DNA of 38,311 nucleotides from a virus (Duplodnaviria; Caudoviricetes). Below, piece after piece: positions 19,408 through 27,843 of this stretch; the stretch's first letter is position 1, and each line of letters starts with the position of its first letter. The notes beneath the pieces are model-generated. The model did not search any database and was not told the DNA's origin. It saw nothing but the letters and a program-made list of their open reading frames with translations. Location: positions 1-38,311 of IMG/VR virus record IMGVR_UViG_3300020045_018875. One strand, 5' to 3'. The translations under genes and the position numbers were made by a program.

Positions 19408-20400
19408 CTACCAGTTATTTCCATATGGATTATATCCATACGATTGATTATTTAATGTATATATAGTTGCTACTCTTTGATTAGCCTGTTGAACTAATGT
19501 AGTTCTAAGTACTAATCTTTCTTGTTTATTGAACTCAGGCATAATTGCATTAACCGATTCAAGATCCATACGATTCTCAAATATCTTTTTAGCAGCTCCA
19601 TAAGCGATATATTGCCACCATTGTTGTAAATAAGGAGACTGGTTCGTTGAGATAAACTGTGTAGGTCTAACATATGCATTAAGAGTAACTTTATATGCTA
19701 AATCAGGAACAGGCCTCAATGTAAAAACATTATCATAAAAGAGCATCATTGTAGGCCTGCCTGCGGCATAGGGATACGTTTCTGAATAAATTACTGCACC
19801 ATCTGCTGGCGGTGTTAAAAATATAAGAATAAAATCACCAGTAAGATAATTTATAGTTCCATAATTTCCACCTACTATACCATTAGGATTTCTTAAAATA
19901 CCCGTACCGTCATCGTATAAGACTAAACCATTATTATTTGCATCTTTAGCAGTAAATGTAACTTGACCAGGAAGAACTGGAATTTGTGATAGTTTACCAT
20001 TAAATATCGTTAAAATTCCATCGCCAGATAATCCAGTACTGGCAATGCTATTCACATAAGGGAATGCACGATAAAACTCTGTTCTGCTCTGTGTATACGA
20101 AGCTTCATAACCTGCTATATAGACAGGAGGTTCGACAGATATATAATTTTGATAGAATTCATAAAGAGGATTAGCAGGGTCTGTAGATGCTCCATACGAA
20201 TCAACATTAGGTTGTGTAAAGAAAGAGAATGTTGTCTTTAAAGCAAACAATCTAAGATTCTCAGGAAAGTCATAAAGTACAAAGGTATTAATCTGTTGAT
20301 CCATATCAGCAGTAGAAAGCTGTGCTTCACTAGGACTTCGCGTAAGCTGCCTTATCTTAGTATATATTGCCTGTAATGTTGAATTTGCCGGAACTACCAT
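19408..20400 (-). CDS. Head-tail adaptor (tubular protein A-like)
   Basis: TL..I..KIR.LT N-terminus, L.PVPD..Y.V and W..YIAYGAA C-terminus; position. Confidence 0.6.
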   Translation of the reverse strand: MVVPANSTLQAIYTKIRQLTRSPSEAQLSTADMDQQINTFVLYDFPENLRLFALKTTFSFFTQPNVDSYGASTDPANPLYEFYQNYISVEPPVYIAGYEASYTQSRTEFYRAFPYVNSIASTGLSGDGILTIFNGKLSQIPVLPGQVTFTAKDANNNGLVLYDDGTGILRNPNGIVGGNYGTINYLTGDFILIFLTPPADGAVIYSETYPYAAGRPTMMLFYDNVFTLRPVPDLAYKVTLNAYVRPTQFISTNQSPYLQQWWQYIAYGAAKKIFENRMDLESVNAIMPEFNKQERLVLRTTLVQQANQRVATIYTLNNQSYGYNPYGNNW

Positions 20401-20467
20401 AATTTATCCTTCGGATTACAATCCTTTTCATAATATTACCGAGTGATACTACCACTCTTCCTAATCT

Positions 20468-20848
20468 TTATAAAACATTTACTACAGCAGCTGTTAAAAT
20501 ATCATTTTCTTCACCAACTGGGATAACTTGTGGTAACTGAGTAGTAAATCGTGTTGACCCATCTAGTGGGACTACCGGTGTAACAAATGGTTGATAATTC
20601 GTTGAATCTAAAGAGATACTAAACTGTGTAGGATTTATAACGGTAATAGTGCCAATCTGATTATTAATCTCTTGCATTCCCCACGGATAATACCCATCAA
20701 CAAAGGGAACCGTAATACGTACTATCGTTCCCGTGATATAACTATTATCAAAGCTCGTTGTTATAATAGCTGGATTAGAGTTAGTTATATTTGTTATAAT
20801 GCGCATTGCTGGTTTATATGTAGGAAATTGTAATGCTGAGATTGTCAT
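20468..20848 (-). CDS. Small virion protein with FCCH-like beta domain
   Basis: ITNITNSNPAIITT....Y..G..VRI motif. Confidence 0.55.
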   Translation of the reverse strand: MTISALQFPTYKPAMRIITNITNSNPAIITTSFDNSYITGTIVRITVPFVDGYYPWGMQEINNQIGTITVINPTQFSISLDSTNYQPFVTPVVPLDGSTRFTTQLPQVIPVGEENDILTAAVVNVL

Positions 20849-20850
20849 AA

Positions 20851-21321
20851 TTAGAAGCTCACCGTTACAATTTCCGACTCTTTAGATTCACCGATTTCAG
20901 CTGGGTCTATAAATTCTAAACTTTGGAATCCAAATCTTCTCTTTTTTTCACCAATGCATGACAATGGAATTCCTGCTTCATTTAAAGCAAATTTATGAAC
21001 AGGATACCAACCATTCTTATTAAGATGCTTAGCTACACCTAGTGGTATAGTGTAAACTTCACCATCTCTTAATGTATAACTTTGAATATCATCCCATTTA
21101 TATGCTTTAAATGGAAAACTCATTTCACCACCTGGGCATTCATAAAATCTAAATATACCCTTAACTTTTTCTCTATCACGTTCACACATGCTCATGAGAT
21201 TTTTTCTATTCTCTTCATTGCGCGATTCACGTTCAGCAACCGTCATAGATTTCTTTTTTTCTTCAAGCTCAATAGGTGATATTTTTTTGATATCTTTTGA
21301 TTCTATAGATGTTTGTTTCAT
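20851..21321 (-). CDS. Hypothetical protein in head module
   Basis: 156-aa ORF with SD gagga. Confidence 0.65.
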   Translation of the reverse strand: MKQTSIESKDIKKISPIELEEKKKSMTVAERESRNEENRKNLMSMCERDREKVKGIFRFYECPGGEMSFPFKAYKWDDIQSYTLRDGEVYTIPLGVAKHLNKNGWYPVHKFALNEAGIPLSCIGEKKRRFGFQSLEFIDPAEIGESKESEIVTVSF

Positions 21322-21339
21322 ATGTAATCCTCATAGTAA

Positions 21340-21360
21340 GGGGAGAGATAATCTCTCCCC
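21340..21360. terminator. Hairpin after capsid/decoration genes (terminator or mRNA stabiliser)
   Basis: ggggagagat-a-atctctcccc, perfect 10-bp arms; weak U tail. Confidence 0.55.
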
Positions 21361-21375
21361 ATTTAAATATTCTCT

Positions 21376-22425
21376 TTACAGTAGATCATCGCTAAATGAA
21401 GTACCGGCAATCCAGTAAATCACATCGCCATTCTCTCCGGCAGGACTCAATGAACCTGCCTGTAGATTCACACCAATCATTGCTGTATTGAGTGTTGCAT
21501 CTGAAAGGATGTTAACATTCTCTTGTAATGCTTCTGGAGTATTCATACCTATAGGTACAACTTGAGCAGGTGTAAATGGTACATCAGATGATGCTGGATA
21601 AGCTTGGTTGTTTCCAGAGCCAAACACATTCCATGCACCAAAAGATGATGTATCAAAATCAACCACAATGTTATTAGCTGTTCCACCATTATTAGGCTCA
21701 TTTCCAGCACGAGCAACATTCACAGCAACAATAGTTACTTGTTGTTGATCAAGAGCAGCAAAGTTTTCCCAAACTGAAGTTCCTACTCCAGTGCTTGGGA
21801 ATTCTAATCTGATCTGTTGTCCAACTTGGTAATCATGTGTTACTGAAAGGTAGATCTTAGCCTGTACTTCAGACGATACATAAGTAATATATCGGCGTGA
21901 AGGGTACCATACTGAATCATGAGCAATCAATCTCCAACTACCAGCAGTAGATGCTGTAGAGTTAGCAAGATTAATATTACCCAAAGTAAAAGTATTAGTA
22001 TTAGCTGCAGTAATAGAAAATTCCATTCCACCAACTTGTGGCTGGTTGTTAAGACCATAAAGTCTTACAATATTACCAACAGATAGACCATGACTATTAG
22101 AAGTAACAACAGGCGGATTAGCAGCCGTCATAGCTGTTAATGCCGCAGTTCTTCCAATAGGACTTAAAGATGTATCTAGGTAAAAGAATCCAGCATTAGC
22201 AGCTATCTGTGTTGGAACTAAAGCTCCAATAGTAGCCTCTTTTACAAGAACTTCTCCACGACCATCAGTCATACCATTTTGGAAATAATATTCAGCGCCT
22301 TTTCCTGCGCCAGCAGCATATGAATTGGTTTCGTTTATTATTCTTATCCAATTCCATCCTGAACGTAAATTCAGATTGACTGCTTCTCCGGTAGAGGTAA
22401 ATCTACCTTGTAATGTTTCTGCCAT
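21376..22425 (-). CDS. Probable capsid decoration/minor head protein with two FCCH-like domains
   Basis: Directly after capsid; T.ANP.VVTS..HGL.VG..VRL and second H.Y.VGQ.IRL repeat. Confidence 0.55.
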   Translation of the reverse strand: MAETLQGRFTSTGEAVNLNLRSGWNWIRIINETNSYAAGAGKGAEYYFQNGMTDGRGEVLVKEATIGALVPTQIAANAGFFYLDTSLSPIGRTAALTAMTAANPPVVTSNSHGLSVGNIVRLYGLNNQPQVGGMEFSITAANTNTFTLGNINLANSTASTAGSWRLIAHDSVWYPSRRYITYVSSEVQAKIYLSVTHDYQVGQQIRLEFPSTGVGTSVWENFAALDQQQVTIVAVNVARAGNEPNNGGTANNIVVDFDTSSFGAWNVFGSGNNQAYPASSDVPFTPAQVVPIGMNTPEALQENVNILSDATLNTAMIGVNLQAGSLSPAGENGDVIYWIAGTSFSDDLL

Positions 22426-22437
22426 AATTAAATCCTT

Positions 22438-23385
22438 TTAAGCAAGAGTGCATCGAGCATTAACGATCCATTGATCATTTGTGATTCTCGGACAAAAAGC
22501 GGATTTCCACCCGACTGACGAATTCATTGCCAATGGACCCGAGAACTGTGGAGGTAGATACACAAAGGTATCTTTATAACCATCTTGCTCAACCATCGCA
22601 TAGGCTTCTAATCCCATACAGAAAATATTGTACACATTAGCACCATTCATCGATGCATTCGGTGTAACTGATCCAATAGAAGATATTAAGAATCTTAAGT
22701 TAGAAACACTTCCATATTCACTTTGTAATATTCCTGATTGTGAAGGATATTGTGCCTTTGGAACGAATCCAACAACGTTATCAAGATTCCTAATAAGCTT
22801 TGTAGAACACATTGCAAAATAGGCATCACGAGTTGGAGCTGTTCCAAACTTATCTTCACCACCGATCATATTCATAATCGTGTATGCATTAGCATCCATC
22901 AATGAAGTAATAACATCATCAACATCTGATCGTGTTATTTCTGTTGGACTGTCTCCATTGGTTCCACCTGTGCAATTTATAAAACCTGCAGTAGCTGCTA
23001 ACATATTCCTCGTTAGCTCATCTTCTGATTGTCTTAATGAAACACCAAGACGAAGAGTAAGTTCATTAAGAACGGGATCCTCGTTAGTTAATGTTACCTG
23101 CTCATTTACAATAATATATTGTCCGTAATAGGACATTTTTGCATCAATGTCTATCGCCGTTGCCACTGTTGCCGGTGGTGTAATTCCGGAATTTCCCAGT
23201 GGGACTAGAGATGTTGGAAGAGGATTATATCTTCTCATACGTAAGGTTGTACCGCCGTTCCGTGGCATTACTTTCCTATCTGCAGCCAAATTATGGATGA
23301 GATTAGGAACTGGCACCGAAAGCAGTTTATGCGCAAACGACTGTTGGACAGCAGGCGACAATACGCTGGTAGTAGTTATAGCCAT
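22438..23385 (-). CDS. Major capsid protein, N4-gp56-like
   Basis: MP.N.G.TL..RRY.PL, G.TP, YG.Y....EQV, E.GSV..LRF, PL....SVGWK motifs. Confidence 0.85.
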   Translation of the reverse strand: MAITTTSVLSPAVQQSFAHKLLSVPVPNLIHNLAADRKVMPRNGGTTLRMRRYNPLPTSLVPLGNSGITPPATVATAIDIDAKMSYYGQYIIVNEQVTLTNEDPVLNELTLRLGVSLRQSEDELTRNMLAATAGFINCTGGTNGDSPTEITRSDVDDVITSLMDANAYTIMNMIGGEDKFGTAPTRDAYFAMCSTKLIRNLDNVVGFVPKAQYPSQSGILQSEYGSVSNLRFLISSIGSVTPNASMNGANVYNIFCMGLEAYAMVEQDGYKDTFVYLPPQFSGPLAMNSSVGWKSAFCPRITNDQWIVNARCTLA

Positions 23386-23453
23386 TATTTTTCCTTTCCA
23401 TTGTACGAATGCACAATGGATTCTTAAATATATAATTGTTTTTATACACTCAA

Positions 23454-23551
23454 GTGGACGAGTCTTTATACGGTCCGCGAGCTGAACGACTTCTCTATGC
23501 TATTCAAGATAGCTACGGTTCATGAGAGTGGCGAATTCTCTATACGGCCAC
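23454..23551 (-). promoter_or_regulatory. Three repeated stem-loops with conserved loop sequence in capsid 5' leader
   Basis: Different but complementary stems closing a conserved CGUA...UARAGA..UC loop. Confidence 0.6.
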
Positions 23552-23760
23552 CTATAATAAAATACATTGCCAGAGAAAAATCAAATAAAATTGAAGAAAA
23601 GGATGATAAGTTATATGATCTTAAGACTTCATTACTCATTCTTACATTTTATAGATGTAAGATCCTTCCCATCTGGTTTCTTTTTAAATAAAGGAACCAG
23701 GGGGGTAAAAAAATACCCTCTTCTATCAAAAGATAGAGAGAGGGATTAAAGTGAAGAATT

Positions 23761-24441
23761 CTATTGTTTTTTCTTAGCGTAATACATCATTTCTTTATAC
23801 TTATTAGCCATATAATTCTTATCATCTACATTAAATGCATTTGCTTCAGCAATAGGATTTGTAGATTTTGAAGGGGAAATTGATTGGACTGATCTTGGCT
23901 TGCTTGCATTAGATTGAGCACGATCTCTATCAGCGGCATATATATCTTCATTATATAGACCTAAGTTCTTTATAGCATCATATGCTGCTGCTGAACCATT
24001 ATATTGATCACGATGATATGCTTCACCTATAGTAGTGGCAAGTGAAGGGTATTTCTCTTTTAGTAATTGAATTGTGTCATCATTAACAACTTTATCAAAA
24101 TCAGGATATCTCATTGCTAGTTTATATTCTGAAGTTGATTTAGCTATCTCTTTCTTAATCTGTTGAAGCTCTTCATCGAAATGTTTTCTTTGCATAAGAT
24201 CATCAGGGTCATAAGAAGGCTTCTTTGCTTCTTCTAACTGTCTAAGCCTATTTGCAAGTTCAAGATTTTCACGTTCTAATTTCTGTTTCTGCTCTCTGAG
24301 ATATCTCACTGCAATCTTATCTTCTTTAGGCTTTTGAAGATCTATTTGTTCTACTGGCGCTTCTTCAACAGATTGCTCTGGAGCAGAAAGGGCATCTGTG
24401 CTAGTAGCCTCATTTACATATTCGTTATTTAATTCGTCCAT
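23761..24441 (-). CDS. Probable capsid scaffolding protein
   Basis: Acidic N-terminus, coiled coil, YPDFD.VV motif, directly upstream of capsid. Confidence 0.65.
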   Translation of the reverse strand: MDELNNEYVNEATSTDALSAPEQSVEEAPVEQIDLQKPKEDKIAVRYLREQKQKLERENLELANRLRQLEEAKKPSYDPDDLMQRKHFDEELQQIKKEIAKSTSEYKLAMRYPDFDKVVNDDTIQLLKEKYPSLATTIGEAYHRDQYNGSAAAYDAIKNLGLYNEDIYAADRDRAQSNASKPRSVQSISPSKSTNPIAEANAFNVDDKNYMANKYKEMMYYAKKKQ

Positions 24442-24899
24442 ATTACTCCTTCATTGTTTAATTTTTGAGCTAATTTATCTAGCGATCCATCATAAAAATC
24501 TAAAACAAAATGTAATAACCCTTGTTCTTCAGGGGCTATTTCTAATGCATGATTTTGAAATACTGTAGCTGTTTCAATATCGGGCATTACCCATAAAAGC
24601 TCAATTATCCTATCCTTTCTATGATATTTGTAAACAATTTGATCATAGGATGGTGTAGGACAGGATTGTCTAGGAAAGTAATAAGCTCTATATACGTTCA
24701 ATAGAGCGCGTTCACGTTTATAAAGAACAACAATGAAGAAGTCCCCATCATATTTTTTAATTCCATTTTCAACGCATGTATATATCTCTTTCTCATACTG
24801 TTTATGTATTTCACGTTGATATTCAATAGGATTCACCTGCTCCATACCTTTTTGCATGAGGTCAGTAGCAATTTTCCCTGCTGTTACTTTTTCATTCAT
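24429..24899 (-). CDS. Hypothetical protein in head module
   Basis: 156-aa ORF overlapping the scaffold start. Confidence 0.65.
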   Translation of the reverse strand: MNEKVTAGKIATDLMQKGMEQVNPIEYQREIHKQYEKEIYTCVENGIKKYDGDFFIVVLYKRERALLNVYRAYYFPRQSCPTPSYDQIVYKYHRKDRIIELLWVMPDIETATVFQNHALEIAPEEQGLLHFVLDFYDGSLDKLAQKLNNEGVIWTN

Positions 24900-24914
24900 T
24901 ACAGTCCTGATAAT

Positions 24915-25220
24915 CTATTTACGTTTTTTACGCTTTGCTTCACTCAGACTGATCGCTAGAGCCTGTTTAGGATTAGTAACAATAGGACCATTCTTTGAAC
25001 CACTATGTAATTCACCCTCTTTAAACTCACGCATGACAACTTTTATCTTTTTTTTATCATCTTTTTTCTTAGGTTCTTTGTTTTCAGAGATCTTCTCTTT
25101 TTTAGGTTCTTTGCTAATAGATTTTATAAGCTCTTTATCTTCAGAAGCCTCTTTTTTGAAATTTTTTATATCACCTTTTAAGTGTTTGATTACCTTTTTC
25201 TTGCAACTCTTATTCTTCAT
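24915..25220 (-). CDS. Lys-rich protein with DUF6496-like motif
   Basis: VMREFKEGELHSGS..GP.VTNPKQA.AI.LSEA. Confidence 0.7.
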   Translation of the reverse strand: MKNKSCKKKVIKHLKGDIKNFKKEASEDKELIKSISKEPKKEKISENKEPKKKDDKKKIKVVMREFKEGELHSGSKNGPIVTNPKQALAISLSEAKRKKRK

Positions 25221-25324
25221 GGTCGTTTAACTTTCTTTTTTAATTTTGATTCAACAATAGGCTTTACACGGATATTTTTGCCACGCTTAATCTTTTTAAT
25301 TGCTCTTCTTTTTACTTTGTCCAT
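25217..25324 (-). CDS. 35-aa highly basic peptide (not in ORF track)
   Basis: MDKVKRRAIKKIKRGKNIRVKPIVESKLKKKVKRP*, SD gagga, ATGA overlap with next gene. Confidence 0.55.
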   Translation of the reverse strand: MDKVKRRAIKKIKRGKNIRVKPIVESKLKKKVKRP

Positions 25325-25461
25325 CGTGCATCCTCTGTTAAGAGTTCTTTTTTAATCTTTTTCTGCTTTGGTGATTCAATATCTATACTATTCTCAGGTG
25401 GTCCTAAAATCGTATAAGATATCTTATTAGCAACCTTATTGCATTTTGGCATAGCGGGCAT
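25312..25461 (-). CDS. 49-aa hypothetical peptide (not in ORF track)
   Basis: MPAMPKCNKVANKISYTILGPPENSIDIESPKQKKIKKELLTEDARWTK*, SD aaagga. Confidence 0.55.
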   Translation of the reverse strand: MPAMPKCNKVANKISYTILGPPENSIDIESPKQKKIKKELLTEDARWTK

Positions 25462-25520
25462 AAGTAATCCTTTCAGTTAATTTTATAAAGATATAACACT
25501 ACGCTCAAAAAAAAAGAAAT

Positions 25521-25552
25521 AAAAAACCCCCAAAGTTTTTACACTTTGAGGG
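25521..25552 (-). terminator. Intrinsic terminator closing the secreted-protein cassette
   Basis: Minus strand ccctcaaagt-gtaaaa-actttggggg followed by tttttt. Confidence 0.7.
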
Positions 25553-25601
25553 AATATTTAAACCAACCTTGTGTATTATCACAAGCAAATAGAGCATACC
25601 A

Positions 25602-26276
25602 TTATTTTGGTTCATAAAATACTTTAAGCATATCACTCCTTGTCTTTTCTGGGTCGAGGCTCATTCCAGAAACCATAAAAAGTTCTTTTTGACATTGAAG
25701 AGGATTTCCACAAGCATCAGATTCCAATTTCTTTACAAACCATCCACTACCATTTCTTGAATAACATTCTTTAAAATCTTCAGCTATCATTTCAAATTCT
25801 TTCATAGCTATCGCATTTTCTTTATATTCTTTCTGAATGTGAGAAAATGAATGAATGTAACTTTTATAAGACTCTAATATCTTTCTTCTATTTTCAATAC
25901 GCTCAAACTCCGCCTCTCCTGAATATTTCTTTTCAACATGTTCTATTACTGCATCTGTTGCCCTTAGTGCAACAGGAACTGCTACTGCAATAGTTCCAGC
26001 CAATATTAAATTTTGAGGAAGATTTTGCATAAGCACTTGAGTCGCATGTGATCCAAAATTTTGCATTCCATTGGAAAGAATAGGTGTATTAGTATCTAAA
26101 GATTCCTTAATATTTTGACTAGTCTTCTCAATAGAATTTCCTATATTTTGAGAAGCAGGCTCTGCAAAATGCTTTCCAGCATCTGCACAATAGCCATCTT
26201 TTTGAGGTTTTTTATCAGGATAAGCCAAAGACATAAAAGATATAGTCATAGTAATCATCATCATCATTTTTTTCAT
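25602..26276 (-). CDS. Exported/membrane moron protein
   Basis: MKK plus hydrophobic signal-like N-terminus, central TM segment, coiled coil. Confidence 0.65.
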   Translation of the reverse strand: MKKMMMMITMTISFMSLAYPDKKPQKDGYCADAGKHFAEPASQNIGNSIEKTSQNIKESLDTNTPILSNGMQNFGSHATQVLMQNLPQNLILAGTIAVAVPVALRATDAVIEHVEKKYSGEAEFERIENRRKILESYKSYIHSFSHIQKEYKENAIAMKEFEMIAEDFKECYSRNGSGWFVKKLESDACGNPLQCQKELFMVSGMSLDPEKTRSDMLKVFYEPK

Positions 26277-26314
26277 ATAATTCCTTAATGCTTTTTAAAT
26301 TATTTTTAGTTTTC

Positions 26315-26767
26315 TTATTGTATTTTAGTTGTTTCTGAAACTATATTGTTATATAGTTTATAAAGCTTTTTCAGCAGAAAATACTCCATGCATACACGAA
26401 CAGCAATATGCTGCATTCTATCTAATTCATTACGATGAACGGTTAAAGTTGGGCATAAAGGCTCATTTATTGCTTTTTCAATATCTGTATTAGTATCCAA
26501 AGCATGAGCAATATACTGTTCAAGTCTATTAATTTCTAACCAAATCAAGTGCTTTTGTTCATTATCATAGCCATAGCCCAAGCAACTAAACAGCTCTGAT
26601 GCCTCTTCATTAATTTCATCGATAATCTTTTCTCTTCGATTGATCTCGTCTCTTAATAATTCAATCTTTTCAAATCTATTAAGCTGAGCCATTATCTCAA
26701 CATTTTCTGTTGATGTTTTTGCCATTAAAGGGCTCAAAGATAATAATGTTAACAATATATATTTCAT
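26315..26767 (-). CDS. Exported helical moron protein (start revised to MKYIL)
   Basis: MKYILLTLLSLSPLMA signal peptide; SD aaagga. Confidence 0.65.
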   Translation of the reverse strand: MKYILLTLLSLSPLMAKTSTENVEIMAQLNRFEKIELLRDEINRREKIIDEINEEASELFSCLGYGYDNEQKHLIWLEINRLEQYIAHALDTNTDIEKAINEPLCPTLTVHRNELDRMQHIAVRVCMEYFLLKKLYKLYNNIVSETTKIQ

Positions 26768-26869
26768 CTTTTTTTCCTTTTGTTCATCCACTCTTTGATT
26801 AAAGTTTTACCGAATGTTAAATATAGAATAAAGATACAGAATGGTATAATGAATTCTCCCGTTATCATA

Positions 26870-27352
26870 TTACACCGGCCCTGTTGCTACTGCACCGGCT
26901 AATCCACCACAAGCTGCTCCTACCATTGAAGCCGCTTCAATTGGTGCAGCAAACTGAGCGCTCAAGGACATGCTAACAACAGGATAAAGAGGGCCTGTAG
27001 CCAATGATACAACATGAATAGTGCCATAGCCAACAGCATATACTGCGCCTTTTCCAACCCAGAATCCTATAACGCCACCCCAATAGCCACCACCATTAAC
27101 CCTTCCTTTGATATCCATAGAATATCCATCAGAACATTCTTTGATATCTAAGTAAGCATTACCAGAATTAAGTATGGCAGCAAGCTTAGTCGTATCCATT
27201 GATCGTAACTGTTTGCTTACCATATAGTTTGGTATATCGGCGTTGAATTCTTTTGATGATATATTGTAATGAGATGGGAACTTTTGAATTGCTAATTGGC
27301 CAGCATTAATAGCTGAACAGAGAGAGAGTAAAATAATAATGATTCTTTTCAT
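26870..27352 (-). CDS. Exported protein with GG motif and Gly-zipper hydrophobic tail
   Basis: MKRIIIILLSLCSAINA signal; ..KGRVNGG|GYWGGVIG...GAACGGLAGAVA. Confidence 0.65.
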   Translation of the reverse strand: MKRIIIILLSLCSAINAGQLAIQKFPSHYNISSKEFNADIPNYMVSKQLRSMDTTKLAAILNSGNAYLDIKECSDGYSMDIKGRVNGGGYWGGVIGFWVGKGAVYAVGYGTIHVVSLATGPLYPVVSMSLSAQFAAPIEAASMVGAACGGLAGAVATGPV

Positions 27353-27491
27353 GAATCAATTCCTTCATATTATATAATTATAAGATCCTAAACATTTAAT
27401 TGCACTGCGTTACTTTACATATTCTTACTCCAATTGAATTTTTGTGGATTTATATTTTTATATTATAACACATCAATAAAATGTATCAAAT

Positions 27492-27524
27492 AAAACATGG
27501 CCTCTTTGTTATTAAGAGACCATG
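27492..27524 (-). terminator. Probable intrinsic terminator after the portal unit
   Basis: catggcctctt/aagagaccatg hairpin with minus-strand T tail. Confidence 0.5.
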
Positions 27525-27567
27525 CCTTGAGACTGTGTGAGAGCTTATTATGGAAGTATAGAAGTAA

Positions 27568-27768
27568 TTAATACTTCGACTTGCTCCTATGATTTCTTGC
27601 AGCGCTATCATCGGAACCAATCTGACTATCAATACCACTTATTGTATCATCAAGATCAGAATTAAGACCATAAGGTGCTTTTGGAAATGGTTTAATAACC
27701 ACATTTTGTGGTAAATTTCCTATTGAACTTCTGTCTTCAGAAATCATTCCTTTGCCTCTTTTTGCCAT
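27568..27768 (-). CDS. Small hypothetical protein downstream of portal
   Basis: 66 aa, SD aggag. Confidence 0.6.
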   Translation of the reverse strand: MAKRGKGMISEDRSSIGNLPQNVVIKPFPKAPYGLNSDLDDTISGIDSQIGSDDSAARNHRSKSKY

Positions 27769-27843
27769 TGCTGACTCCTAACTAGAAAAGTCCTCCTTCG
27801 CCTTTATGGCTACGGCTGGACAGGTTATTATAATATCCTCTAA

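Noticed and set aside
20468-22425. Ubiquitin-activating E1 function from FCCH-like domains
   Set aside because: Such beta domains are common in virion proteins; no adenylation domain is present
23454-23551. CRISPR mini-array
   Set aside because: Units differ in sequence, lack spacers, and no cas genes are present
23497-23749. Plus-strand 64-aa and 60-aa ORFs
   Set aside because: Antisense to the head operon, overlap the structured leader, no convincing SD
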